A DNA stretch of 64,000 nucleotides from Sulfuricellaceae bacterium (GCA_031426915.1 JASJPB010000007.1:2996-66995); one strand, 5' to 3'; numbered from the stretch's first letter, positions 27,703-37,535 are shown. Numbers and translations are program-made. Notes: generated from the sequence alone by a model not told the origin.

Positions 27703-28959
27703 TCAACGTCCGTACCGCCGACGCCCCGCCCGAGGGCCGCTAGCATCCTTGAATTCATGGGAAAGTGCTGCGGCAGAAACCTGGAACGCAGTTCGTAGCC
27801 GATCAATCTCAGCGCTATCCACGCCGACCGCGCCCAGCCTTCGTTCCCATTCGTCCTGGACGATAGCGGCAATTGCCTGAAGCTGGGTTACCGCATCTGT
27901 ATGGCTTACGCCGAAGTTGGCAGCAGTGGCTGCCAGCCTATCCAGGTCAACCACGGCGCCTTGTTGATGGTACGCCATGGCCAGGGCGAATACGGTGGGC
28001 TTGGGTGCGGCAACAACGTCGAACATGCTGGATAAACGCCACGCTCCATATTCCGCCGAGTACACGAGACCATGATTCCTGGTGTGATCGTCGGCGTTGC
28101 CCACCAACGTGTTATATACAATACGGCGCCATAGTTCCTGGGCGTTGATCTCCGCCGCGTCCTTGCACCATCGGCGAAACTCATCCGCGAACCTGACATA
28201 GCTTTTCCGGGCTAAAGTGTCTTGCCGTGGGTCTCCAAGGCCCAGCACAGTGTGCGCGCTCGCGTAGTGGATACGACTGTGGTTCTGGCGATCGAATCTT
28301 TTGACAAGGAATGCCGTTCTGCCATCCGGAAGCTGATGTATGCGAGACTCGCATGCATCCATGCCACACTTGATGGCCATCTCCAGCATCACATGTTCGT
28401 TGTGCGCAATAAAAGCAGAGTCACCCTTTTCGGGGAGCTTTAGAATCCATTGCGCGCCATCCAGCATCACCGTGAACTTCGGTTTGGCGCCGCCGAGACT
28501 GGTGGTCGGCATGATCGCTTCCGCGTAGTCGCGGCGTACCCTGCCGAGATCCTGAGCCGAGATGGCGGCGTCAATCTCAGCTAATTCCGGGATCGGTTCC
28601 GCAAGTTTGCGTTCCGCATCTCCGAACAGGATTGCGCCACAACTGTCTTGAGGCGCCAACCCCAGCACCTCGATGTCATCTATCTCGCCATGCTCGTGAA
28701 ACAGCACGTCGCGACCCCAGGCATCCGGGCCAGCGTCCTTCATGACGCCGAAGATACCGCCTTGCAGCAAGGTTTTCATCACGGAACGACGAAGCGGCAG
28801 ATTGATTGGGTCCAGCGCGACCTTGCCTTCAGAACCCAGATATGCGGTCTCATACCGAAACGCGCCGACACGGTTCACCGTATCAAGCGTAAAGTCTCCG
28901 CACAGAGTTGGCTCCTTGGCTCCCGGGATCCACGTCCAAACTGCAATTGATTTTTTCAC
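27703..28959 (-). CDS. hipA: HipA-family kinase toxin
   Basis: DAGPDAWGR, SLGGAKPK, WILK, RFDR, GNADDHTRNHG. Confidence 0.9.
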   Translation of the reverse strand: MKKSIAVWTWIPGAKEPTLCGDFTLDTVNRVGAFRYETAYLGSEGKVALDPINLPLRRSVMKTLLQGGIFGVMKDAGPDAWGRDVLFHEHGEIDDIEVLGLAPQDSCGAILFGDAERKLAEPIPELAEIDAAISAQDLGRVRRDYAEAIMPTTSLGGAKPKFTVMLDGAQWILKLPEKGDSAFIAHNEHVMLEMAIKCGMDACESRIHQLPDGRTAFLVKRFDRQNHSRIHYASAHTVLGLGDPRQDTLARKSYVRFADEFRRWCKDAAEINAQELWRRIVYNTLVGNADDHTRNHGLVYSAEYGAWRLSSMFDVVAAPKPTVFALAMAYHQQGAVVDLDRLAATAANFGVSHTDAVTQLQAIAAIVQDEWERRLGAVGVDSAEIDRLRTAFQVSAAALSHEFKDASGPRAGRRRYGR

Positions 28960-29264
28960 GTCCGAATCCGTTTCGGCAAGCTGGAGGCCATTAACGCAAC
29001 GGCATCCGAGTCATCCTCCGGTTTCGCAACCTCATCCATCTGGCCGAGCAGGTTCATGGCCCACAGCACGCGCAGGTACATCCCCATCGCGACGCGAGAG
29101 GATCCTTTCTCGATTTCGATCAGCGTACTTCGGCTAACTCCCGCCATGGACGCGAGGTCGTCTTGCCGCAGGGCGCGCGCTTTACGAGCAATGGAGATCC
29201 GATCGCCAAGGCTATGCGCAGCCTCGCGCACGTCGAATGGTATTTCTTTTAATAAGTCTGCCAT
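28956..29264 (-). CDS. XRE-family HTH antitoxin (HipB-like)
   Basis: ISIARKARALRQDDLASMAGVSRSTLIEIEKG; 4-bp overlap with hipA. Confidence 0.88.
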   Translation of the reverse strand: MADLLKEIPFDVREAAHSLGDRISIARKARALRQDDLASMAGVSRSTLIEIEKGSSRVAMGMYLRVLWAMNLLGQMDEVAKPEDDSDAVALMASSLPKRIRT

Positions 29265-29369
29265 GGCACACACTATATGTACACAAGGTGTGCCATGCAA
29301 CACTTTACTGAGAAATTGGCCAATTCCCGGTGAGCGCGCCGGGGTATTTTCAGGCGGGCGCGTTCCGCC

Positions 29370-29580
29370 TGCCTGTTGGAAATTTGAGTCAGCCGGTTGA
29401 GTGCGTCATGGGCATAGCTCAGCGTGGTGCCGCCGGCATTGCCGAGGCCGTCCACCCAGTAGGCGGTGGTGACGCCAATGGGATCGGTGACGGAAACGAC
29501 CTGATCGAGACTATCGTACTGAGTCCGGGTGACGCCGCCCAGCGGGTCGAGGGTCTGGAAGACGGTTGAGCGCGTCGTAA
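29370..29580 (-). pseudogene. RHS/YD-repeat fragment
   Basis: DPLGGVTRTQYDSLDQVVSVTDPIGVTTAY...SYAHDALNRLTQIS; no start context or core domain. Confidence 0.7.
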
Positions 29581-29818
29581 CCGTTATTCGTCGTCGCGCC
29601 GTTGGCATCGGAGCGGAATCCGGGGTAGGAGGGGGATGGGTCAGGGCGGGTGGCCATCAGGCAATGGGAGTTCCGGATTTCATTGCATTCGGCTTATGCT
29701 TGCTGTCTTCCGTCAACAGTTTTCCTTTATAGATCAATCGTGTCTGACCCAATTGGTCGTGCTGCAAAAGGAGAGCGAGCATGAGAAAGACCTCGCCGGG
29801 GATCATCCCTTGGTTTTC

Positions 29819-29857
29819 CCTTGCGAACCTTCGCGTCCCTTGCGGTGAAATGCGGTT
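29819..29857. repeat. Half copy of the ~145-bp palindromic element
   Basis: CCTTGCGAACCTTCGCGTCCCTTGCGGTGAAATGCGGTT closely matches 47374-47412. Confidence 0.75.
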
Positions 29858-29875
29858 ATTTTATAGGCAGCATAT

Positions 29876-30175
29876 TCACCTCGCATCTGTAGTCATCCTG
29901 GCGCGCCGGGTCAATTCTTTCGCGCTTGGCTCGGCCTGGCCAAGCGAGCCAAGCAGAATATCTCCAGCCGGCACATAGGTGCTCATCACAACGCCAGTTG
30001 TTGAAATCTTCGAAGCCACGAGCCGCAGTGCACATGGCCTTGCACCATTTTCAAACAATCGCTTTCCACGGCCAAGAACTACCGGGTACGTCCATATGTT
30101 GTATTCATCAATGAGCGATGCGGCGTGTAGCGTCTGGATCAAATTGCCGCTGCCAATGATTTGAAGGTTGCACAT
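29876..30175 (-). pseudogene. 5'-truncated dihydrofolate reductase/RibD-C family gene
   Basis: LQIIGSGNLIQTLHAASLIDEYNIWTYPVVLGRGKRLF is the C-terminal half only; abuts the transposase inverted repeat. Confidence 0.8.
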
Positions 30176-30195
30176 AGCTAAAGCACATAGCTAAA

Positions 30196-31116
30196 GGGTC
30201 AGGTCTTGACATCACGCTTTTCACCGTTCGTCCTTGATTACCTTACTCACAGTTGAATAATGTACCCCTGCTTCGCGCGCGATGGCCGCCATTGTGTAGC
30301 CGAACTCCTGGTAGGCGCGACGCATTGCCTCATCACGCGCCACCTTGTCCGCGCAGACATGCTTCGGAAACAGTTGCTCAAGGTTCGGCCGATGCAACTG
30401 CCGCTGGGCGCGTGGCACCTCGGTCAGTTCGGCCTTGTCTTCCAGCAAAGGCCGCATCTGCTCCGCAAACGCGTCCGACCCGAGCAGTATCTGTCCTTTC
30501 AGATCGGCCCACGGAGAAGGATGGCTTTTCCCTTCCGCCACGAAAGCGGCATAGCATCGTTGTGCCTCCGCCCGCGTCGGGGAAAATTGAGCGAGGAGCC
30601 AATCGGTGGACAGCCAGACAGGACGATCCAACTGTCCAACCGTCGCCGGATAGCTGCTCCAGGGGTAACTTGAAATCGACTTGACCATCTTGGCGCGGAC
30701 GGGGTTCAGGACGATATAACGGGCAAGCTCAAGGAGGTAACTGTCGCGATCCACCAGAATTGCCTTGAATCGACCCTGGAACACATGGCCCACGCGTCCG
30801 TGGCGACGGTTGAAACGCTGGGTATAGACCCCGTTCAACTGGCGCATGCCGAGCGACAGATTAGCGTCGGGGGTTTCGATCAGTAGGTGGTAATGGTTGC
30901 CCATCAGGCAGTAGGCATGGCAAACCCAGCCGTATCGCCCGATCACTTGCGCCAACACGTCCAGAAAAAGGTGGCGGTCCTCGTCATCAAGACAGATGTC
31001 CTGCCGTGCGTTGCCGCGTGCGGTGACATGGTAGAGCGCACCGGGAAATTCAAGTCGGAGGGGGCGGGCCATCGAGGTAGTCTAGTCGGTTTGAGTGGCA
31101 TGTCAAGACCTGACCC
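30196..31116. mobile_element. Y1 (HUH) transposase unit bounded by 17-bp inverted repeats
   Basis: GGGTCAGGTCTTGACAT at 30196-30212 and ATGTCAAGACCTGACCC at 31100-31116. Confidence 0.8.
30221..31072 (-). CDS. RAYT-like Y1 transposase with C-terminal HTH
   Basis: MARPLRLEFPGALYHVTARGN, AYCLMGNHYHLL (HUH), GHVFQGRF, RYIVLNPVRA. Confidence 0.92.
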   Translation of the reverse strand: MARPLRLEFPGALYHVTARGNARQDICLDDEDRHLFLDVLAQVIGRYGWVCHAYCLMGNHYHLLIETPDANLSLGMRQLNGVYTQRFNRRHGRVGHVFQGRFKAILVDRDSYLLELARYIVLNPVRAKMVKSISSYPWSSYPATVGQLDRPVWLSTDWLLAQFSPTRAEAQRCYAAFVAEGKSHPSPWADLKGQILLGSDAFAEQMRPLLEDKAELTEVPRAQRQLHRPNLEQLFPKHVCADKVARDEAMRRAYQEFGYTMAAIAREAGVHYSTVSKVIKDER

Positions 31117-31610
31117 CTTGGCTCCTGAAGGGTGAGGCTGTCGCCGGGCTTGATTCCCAGCCATTGGGCCGCGGCGGCGCTGAGGAAAATGGCTTGCGGG
31201 TCGAGCATCGCCGCGCCGGCTGCGTTCCCCTGCCCGTTTCCGATGCTCAGCGGCAGCAGGCGGGAAGCGTGGAACACGTCAACGCCCAGCAGCCTGAGCG
31301 TTTCGCTGCGGTCCGGCAGCCTCGCCTCGATCTCCAGCGCGGGGCTGGCAAGCGCCACTTCGGGCAGACGCGCCAGACGCGGATAGATGCTTTCGTCCAT
31401 GCCCGTGGCCGGACCCTGGACCGTCAGGTCGGCCTGCCCCGAGACGTTGCGCACTGCCTGGGAAAACTCGCTCACGGCGGCGCGGTTGATGAGATGGATG
31501 GAAACGCCCAGAGCCACCCCCAGTGCAATTCCCAGCACGCTCAGGAATATTCGCCCGGGGTGATCGCCGAAAGGCCCCAGCACGGCGCGGATGATGGCGG
31601 CGCGGTTCAT
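31117..31610 (-). pseudogene. 3'-truncated FtsX/MacB-type ABC permease
   Basis: RIFLSVLGIALGVALGVSIHLIN plus the start of the periplasmic domain; the frame runs into the inverted repeat after ~165 aa. Confidence 0.85.
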
Positions 31611-32281
31611 GTTGCGGCCTTGGGGAAAAGGCCATCCGGGTCCAGCACATAGATGCGGTCGGTGGTGGCGGCGGCGGCCGGGGAGTGGCTCACCAGGATG
31701 CCCGCCGCGTTGCCTTGCTTGACCTGGTCGCGCAGCAGCTCAAGGACCTGGGCGGCGCTGGCCGGGTCGAGGTTGCCGGTGGGTTCGTCCGCCAGGATCA
31801 GTTGCGGGCGGTGCGCCAGCGCACGGGCGATGGCCACGCGCTGCATCTCGCCCCCGGACAGTTCGCGCGCATAGCTTTTGCCCCGCTTCGCGAGTCCGAT
31901 CGACTCCAGCAGCGAGGAAACGCGGAGGCTCGCCTCGCCGGCCGGTATATTGTTGAGGGCCAGCGGCAGGGCAATATTCTGGGCGACGGTGAGGTAGGGC
32001 AGGAGGTGAAAGGCCTGGAACACGAAGCCCATTTTTTGCCTGCGCAGCTGGGTGAGGCGCTTGTCGTCCAATCCGACAAGCTCGCAGCCGTCGAGCTGGA
32101 TCGAACCCCTGTCGGGCGGCTCCAGGCCGGCAATGAGATTGAGCAGGGTGGACTTGCCGATGCCGGATTCGCCCATGATGGCGATATATTCGCCGCGCGC
32201 CACATCCAGCGAAACGTCGCGCAACACTTGCCGCACACCGGGGCCGAGGTAGGATTTGCCGAGATTGCGGATGTTGAGCAT
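31607..32281 (-). CDS. LolD/MacB-type ABC ATP-binding protein
   Basis: [44 protein letters not shown]. Confidence 0.95.
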   Translation of the reverse strand: MLNIRNLGKSYLGPGVRQVLRDVSLDVARGEYIAIMGESGIGKSTLLNLIAGLEPPDRGSIQLDGCELVGLDDKRLTQLRRQKMGFVFQAFHLLPYLTVAQNIALPLALNNIPAGEASLRVSSLLESIGLAKRGKSYARELSGGEMQRVAIARALAHRPQLILADEPTGNLDPASAAQVLELLRDQVKQGNAAGILVSHSPAAAATTDRIYVLDPDGLFPKAAT

Positions 32282-32342
32282 GGCGATGGTTTTCAGCCGC
32301 GGTGCGAAGCGGCGTCGGCTGCAGCGAATCGTTTATGCTGGG

Positions 32343-32729
32343 TTAGCCAGCCATCTTGCGCAGCATGTGGTCTATGACCTTGCTGTGCTCGTCCTGCGGA
32401 CTGAACAGGATGACCTCGGCGTCTTTACCGACTCTCACCGTGTGTCCGGGCGGCCAGTAGAACAGGTCCCCGCTGTTGATCACTTCCGCTGTGTCGTCTG
32501 CGTAGGTGACGGTAAGTTCTCCCTGCAACAGGTAGCCCCAGTGCGGAGATTGGCATAGGTCTCCCTCCAGTCCCTTGAGCAGCGGCGAGATATCCGCACC
32601 GGCGCCTGGCGAGAAATACTCGCCGCTGATCTTGCCGTATCCGGATGCATCGCCAAAATTCATCTTTTGTCGCGCGACTGCACCCGGCGCATCGATTCTG
32701 ACAGGGATGTCGTTCTTGGCTATTCGCAT
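32343..32729 (-). CDS. Cupin-domain protein (paralog 1)
   Basis: CQSPHWGYLLQG...GDLFYWPPGH; RBS CAGGAGG; close paralog at 39126..39512. Confidence 0.85.
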   Translation of the reverse strand: MRIAKNDIPVRIDAPGAVARQKMNFGDASGYGKISGEYFSPGAGADISPLLKGLEGDLCQSPHWGYLLQGELTVTYADDTAEVINSGDLFYWPPGHTVRVGKDAEVILFSPQDEHSKVIDHMLRKMAG

Positions 32730-32744
32730 TTCGTGCGCCTCCTG

Positions 32745-32766
32745 GCGGTCAACTGAGGTTTCTAGG
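32745..32766. repeat. Solo end of the 5946-6181 MITE
   Basis: GCGGTCAACTGAGGTTTCTAGG is identical over 22 bp to 6160-6181. Confidence 0.85.
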
Positions 32767-32767
32767 G

Positions 32768-33067
32768 TTACATATAAGCTTTCGCCTCTTCCCCCGGATT
32801 GGGCAAACCGGCGATGCGCCAGGCGGTTCTGACGCTCTGGAACAGGCCGGGAATGCACAGGCGTTCGAATTTGTTGGCATGGCAGACATGGCTGACGGCC
32901 GGTAGCCCGCCCTCGACATAGTGGTCCCGCAGGAAATGGATGATCGCCCAGTGTTCCTCGCGCAGTTCGCTTACGCCTTCGTCAGTGGCGATGTTGCGCG
33001 CCATGTCTTCGTCCCAGTTCAATGGATCGGCGAGAAATCCATCCTGATCGTATAGCGGTTTCTTCAT
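32768..33067 (-). CDS. TusE/DsrC-family protein lacking C-terminal Cys
   Basis: DQDGFL...WDEDMA...EEHWAIIHFLRDHY...AWRIAGLPNPGEEAKAYM. Confidence 0.88.
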   Translation of the reverse strand: MKKPLYDQDGFLADPLNWDEDMARNIATDEGVSELREEHWAIIHFLRDHYVEGGLPAVSHVCHANKFERLCIPGLFQSVRTAWRIAGLPNPGEEAKAYM

Positions 33068-33426
33068 GCTTCCTCTCCCTTTTCTACACGCCTGTCCGGT
33101 CGCCGCGATACCGGCTTCCGGACTCGGCTTCTACCTGGATGTAGTAGGGATCATAGGGTCTCCCCCCGCTTTTTCCACTGCGGCATTCACCCCATTTTCC
33201 CCGCCGATACGATTGATTTGGCAGCCGGATAGTGGGTAGGAACGGCTGAACGGTGAGCGAGTGCTTGCTGCTGCGGGAACATTACGAATCAAATGATGCC
33301 CAATGGACATTAGACCCTGGCATTTCCTGGGGCCTGGATTCGAGGGTTCAGGCCGTGAATGCAGGGTAGACCATGTGGCGGCCAGAGCAGAAATCGGCAG
33401 CCACATCCTGATAGAAGGAGAAAATC

Positions 33427-33654
33427 ATGAGCATCGTGGATTTTATGATTCATCTGAAACCCGAACTCCCGCTGAATGAGCGTACTCAGCTGGAAGCCGA
33501 AATTGCCGAAATGGATGGCGTGATGTCCGCCTGTTTCAGCCGAACCCATTCCCATATGATGGAAGTCACCTACAACCCCGATGTCGTAAGCTCGAGCGTG
33601 GTGCTGGAGTGTGTCAGCAAGCGCGGCATCGCGGCGGAAAAAGTGGGTTTGTGA
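33427..33654 (+). CDS. Small HMA/ferredoxin-like-fold protein without CxxC (paralog 1)
   Basis: DFMIHL...MDGVMSACF...HMMEVTYNP...AEKVGL; RBS AAGGAG; paralog at 39683..39913. Confidence 0.7.
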   Translation: MSIVDFMIHLKPELPLNERTQLEAEIAEMDGVMSACFSRTHSHMMEVTYNPDVVSSSVVLECVSKRGIAAEKVGL

Positions 33655-33666
33655 GTCAGTGGTTCC

Positions 33667-34587
33667 TTAGGGCGCCACCATCACCAGCCTGTGTTCTGCC
33701 CGCCGGTTTTCCTGCGGCGGGTAGGGGATGCACCCCACTTCATTTCCCTTGTCATTGCGGTAGATCAGTTCCTTGTTTTGCAGGTCATATTCAGGGTGGC
33801 GCGGGTCATTCCACTGGTTGAGGAAATGCACGTAGAAAGCCGGGAACAGACCTTGTGCAGGCTTGTCCTTGCGTAGCGCGAAGACGTATTCCGGCTGGTC
33901 TTTCAATTCGTGGCCGTCGTGGCAATACTGCACCCAGACATATTCTCCCGTGACGATCAGGTTCCAGAAAGGCTGCTCCTCATAAAACTTGAGCGTGACT
34001 TTCTTGCCTGCGGCGGCCAGGCTGGCCAGGCGCTCGATGGTGGCTTCCGTTTCCTGCCTGTAGGATGCAAGAGATGCCTGGTCGCCCATGGACTGTATCC
34101 TTCGCTTGGCGCCGGCACCGTAGGGGTTCATCAGCATCACCCGCAGCTCGTAGCTGTCGTCGATGAAACGGTGCAGGTTGCGCTTTTCCGAGACGAAGGT
34201 GTCGTAACCGGTGATGGACATCACCGACACATCCCGTGTGCCGCTGATCCTGTTGCGCAGGTCGCGGCCTCTCCAGCGCGAGAACCAGTTGTCTGCTTCG
34301 TGCACATGCACCAGCGAGGCGATATGGTTCATGCGCAGGCTGCGCCGTCCTTCCATGGCGATCAGGACCAGATTGAAAAGCATCACCAGAACGGCGGCAA
34401 AACTGATTTCGGTAATCAGCAGCAACTGCGAATCTCCCTCCACCCTGGGCCACCAGGAATACAGAATGAACTTAGCTGCCATCGGCAGGGAAAATGCAAC
34501 TCCCACCGCCAGCAGCGAGACGGCGGCATGGCTGAAGATATGTCGCAGGGTGTGAGAAAAACTGAGGAAATGCGTGTTGCGATCCAT
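33667..34587 (-). CDS. Hypothetical membrane protein (2 TM + DUF5919/PLD-like domain)
   Basis: Two N-terminal TM segments; DVSVMSITG, LRVMLMNP, LKFYEEQPFWNLIVTGEYVWVQY pattern. Confidence 0.65.
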   Translation of the reverse strand: MDRNTHFLSFSHTLRHIFSHAAVSLLAVGVAFSLPMAAKFILYSWWPRVEGDSQLLLITEISFAAVLVMLFNLVLIAMEGRRSLRMNHIASLVHVHEADNWFSRWRGRDLRNRISGTRDVSVMSITGYDTFVSEKRNLHRFIDDSYELRVMLMNPYGAGAKRRIQSMGDQASLASYRQETEATIERLASLAAAGKKVTLKFYEEQPFWNLIVTGEYVWVQYCHDGHELKDQPEYVFALRKDKPAQGLFPAFYVHFLNQWNDPRHPEYDLQNKELIYRNDKGNEVGCIPYPPQENRRAEHRLVMVAP

Positions 34588-34878
34588 GATCGTATCTCCT
34601 TTCGGCAATATCCGGGGGTTGAAGCATTGCGCGCGCTGGCTTATGAGGCTGCTGCGCATGAGGTGAAATTGAAATTCGGGGGGAGGTAGGTCGAAGCTGA
34701 TTGCGAATCATTGGAGCATATTTTTTGGCGTGCTTTCATTACAAACCATACATGAAGGCTTCACTACCTAGTTTTTCCGCTGATATACAGTCGAAAACTG
34801 TATGTCGCTTCACACCAAAATAAGCAAATATCTTCATGTCCCCCCACGTTGTTTCGTTAACCCGGAAACTCATCCATC

Positions 34879-36342
34879 ATGAACCACGCCAGAGCGGAAT
34901 TCGATATTTGCGTCGTCGGCGGCGGCGCTGCCGGGCTGGTGGTTGCCGCCGGCGGGGCAAGCATGGGAGCGAAAGTCATCCTGGTCGAAAAGAACGGGCT
35001 CGGCGGGGATTGCCTGCGCTATGGCTGCGTCCCCAGCAAGGCCCTGTTGCACTGCGCCAAGGTGGCGCAAACCATGCGCCGGGCAGAGCGCTTCGGGATC
35101 ACGCCCTGTACACCGGAAGTCGATCTGGCCGCCGTGATGGAGCGGATACAGCACGTAATCCGCACCATTGAAGTACATGACAGCCCCGAGCGTTACCGCG
35201 CCCTCGGGGTGGAGCTGGTTTCAGGGCACGGCCGGTTTTGCAACCCCTCCACGCTGGTGGTCAACGGCAGGGAAATCACGGCCCGGAATTTCGTGCTGGC
35301 GACCGGATCGCGGGCGGCAATACCGGACATCCCGGGTCTGGATAAGGTGCCTTATCTGACCAACGAGAGCGTGTTCGCCCTGCGCGAACAGGTGCCCAGC
35401 CTGATCGTGCTGGGCGGCGGTCCGATCGGGGTGGAAATGGCCCAGGCTTTTTCGCGCCTGGGCAGCCGCGTATTCCTGGTCAACCGTAGCCCGCAGCTAT
35501 TGCCTCATGAAGACAGTGATCTCGCCACCGTGGTCACCGACCGCATCAGCGCGGAAGGCGTCAAACTCTACCAGGGATATTCGAGCGTGCGGGTGGAGAA
35601 ACAGAACGGGGGCATACGGCTCTGGCTGGCGGCGCCGGACGGCTCCGAACACACGCTTGTGGCCAGTCATCTGCTGTTGGCTACCGGCCGCCAGCCCAAC
35701 ATCGGCGATCTGGGGCTGGAGCAGGCCGGCATCGAGCTGCTCCACGGGCGCATCGTGGCCGGTCCGAATTTGCGCACCACCAACAAGCATGTGTATGTCT
35801 GCGGTGACGCCGCCGGAGGCCACCAGTTCACCCATGTGGCGGAACACCATGCCCGGGTGGTGCTGAAGAATATGCTGTTTCATCTTCCCGCACGAGTGGA
35901 GGAGCGTGTCATTCCCTGGTGCACCTTCACCGATCCGGAGCTGGCGCGGGTCGGGCTGTCTGAACGCGAGGCCAAATTGTCGGATATCGCCTACCGTGTT
36001 TATACCTTCCCGTTCACGGATATCGATCGGGCGCAAACTGACGGCGATACGGAAGGCTTCGTCAAGATCCTCACCACTCCCCGCGGACGCCTGCTGGGCG
36101 CGGCCATCGTCGGCCCTCATGCGGGTGAACTGATCCACGAATACTCGCTGGCGATGGCCGCCAGAATCAGGCTTTCCAGCCTGTCCAGCATGCTTCACGT
36201 CTATCCCACCATGGCCCAGATCAACCGGCGGGTTGCAGACGCCTACCGCAAGGAGGCACTTACGCCGGGCGTGAAGAAATGGGTGAAACGGCTGTTCTCC
36301 CTGCGTGGCAGGCTGGACGAAGCGGCGGTGGGTGAAACATGA
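34879..36342 (+). CDS. Class I pyridine nucleotide-disulfide oxidoreductase (LPD/MerA-like)
   Basis: GGGAAG, GGDCLRYGCVPSK, GGGPIG, HVYPT; no MerA C-terminal Cys-Cys. Confidence 0.93.
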   Translation: MNHARAEFDICVVGGGAAGLVVAAGGASMGAKVILVEKNGLGGDCLRYGCVPSKALLHCAKVAQTMRRAERFGITPCTPEVDLAAVMERIQHVIRTIEVHDSPERYRALGVELVSGHGRFCNPSTLVVNGREITARNFVLATGSRAAIPDIPGLDKVPYLTNESVFALREQVPSLIVLGGGPIGVEMAQAFSRLGSRVFLVNRSPQLLPHEDSDLATVVTDRISAEGVKLYQGYSSVRVEKQNGGIRLWLAAPDGSEHTLVASHLLLATGRQPNIGDLGLEQAGIELLHGRIVAGPNLRTTNKHVYVCGDAAGGHQFTHVAEHHARVVLKNMLFHLPARVEERVIPWCTFTDPELARVGLSEREAKLSDIAYRVYTFPFTDIDRAQTDGDTEGFVKILTTPRGRLLGAAIVGPHAGELIHEYSLAMAARIRLSSLSSMLHVYPTMAQINRRVADAYRKEALTPGVKKWVKRLFSLRGRLDEAAVGET

Positions 36343-37535
36343 ACCCATTCGATTATGTCATCGTGGGTGGCGGGCTGGCCGGCGCTTCGGCGATCCAGGG
36401 CATTCGCGAGCACGACAGCCGGGGAAGCATCCTGCTGATCGGCGAGGAAACGCACCCACCTTATGACCGTCCACCGCTTTCCAAGCAGCTGTGGTTCGGC
36501 AAAAACAAAGTGGACGACATCTTCCTTCACCCGCAGCGCTTTTACGATGATCATGGCGTCACGCTGGCGCTCGGTGCCAGGGTGGAAAAAATCGACCCGA
36601 GCGGGAAGTCAGTCACTGTCGCGAATGGCAGCGGCTACCTTTTCGGCAAGCTGCTCCTGGCAACCGGTACCCGTCCGAGGCACATCGCCATCCCCGGTGC
36701 CGGACTAGAAGGCATTTACCATTACCGCACGCTGGACGATTACCTGCGCATGCAAGGCGAGGCCCAGGTCAACAAATCGGCGCTGATCATCGGCGGCGGA
36801 TTTATCGGCTCGGAGCTCGCTGCCGCGCTGAATATCAATCTCGAAGTCACCATGATCTATCCCTCCGCCACGCTCTGCCGCCGGGTATTCCCGGAGCAGC
36901 TGGGCCAGGCGCTGCAACACCATTTCCAGGAACGCGGGATCCGGGTCATTCCTTCCGACATGCCGGCCACGATCAGCAAGAACGGGAGCAAATTCCGCAC
37001 GGAAACCGTCAGCGGGAAAAGCCTGGAATCGGACCTGGTGATCGTTGGCGTCGGCGTGGATCCCTGCATCGAACTCGCCCGGGAAGCCGGCCTGGAAGTG
37101 GGCAACGGGATCGTGGTCAATGAATTTCTCGAATCATCCCATCCCGATATCTACGCGGCCGGCGACAACGCCTTCTTCCCCTATAGGGTGCTGGGAAAAA
37201 GCATGCGCATCGAGCATTGGGACAATGCCCAGGTCCAGGGACGCTGGGCCGGCTGGAACATGGCGGGCGCACACGAAGCCTATACCTATCAGCCGTATTT
37301 CTTCTCCGACCTGTTCGAATTCGGCTACGAGGCCACCGGCGAAGTGGATACCAGCCTCGAAACCTTCGCCGACTGGCAGAAGGAAAACCAGACCGGGGTC
37401 ATCTACTACCTGCGCGAGGGCCGCGTCAGGGGCGTCATGATGTGCAACCTGTGGGGGCGGATCGATGCGGCGCGGGAGCTGATCCGCAAGGGCGAGCTGG
37501 TGTCGCCGGAAAGCCTGCGCGGGGCGATCCGCTGA
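36339..37535 (+). CDS. FAD/NAD(P)H oxidoreductase (ferredoxin-reductase/AIF-like)
   Basis: GGGLAG, PYDRPPLSK, GGGFIGSE, IYAAGD, RIEHWDNA, PYFFSDLF. Confidence 0.92.
   Translation: MNPFDYVIVGGGLAGASAIQGIREHDSRGSILLIGEETHPPYDRPPLSKQLWFGKNKVDDIFLHPQRFYDDHGVTLALGARVEKIDPSGKSVTVANGSGYLFGKLLLATGTRPRHIAIPGAGLEGIYHYRTLDDYLRMQGEAQVNKSALIIGGGFIGSELAAALNINLEVTMIYPSATLCRRVFPEQLGQALQHHFQERGIRVIPSDMPATISKNGSKFRTETVSGKSLESDLVIVGVGVDPCIELAREAGLEVGNGIVVNEFLESSHPDIYAAGDNAFFPYRVLGKSMRIEHWDNAQVQGRWAGWNMAGAHEAYTYQPYFFSDLFEFGYEATGEVDTSLETFADWQKENQTGVIYYLREGRVRGVMMCNLWGRIDAARELIRKGELVSPESLRGAIR

Noticed and set aside
31050-32281. Functional ABC exporter
   Set aside because: The permease is cut after ~165 aa by the transposase unit, so the ATPase is probably orphaned.
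34879-36342. Mercuric reductase MerA
   Set aside because: No C-terminal Cys-Cys, no NmerA domain and no mer genes nearby.
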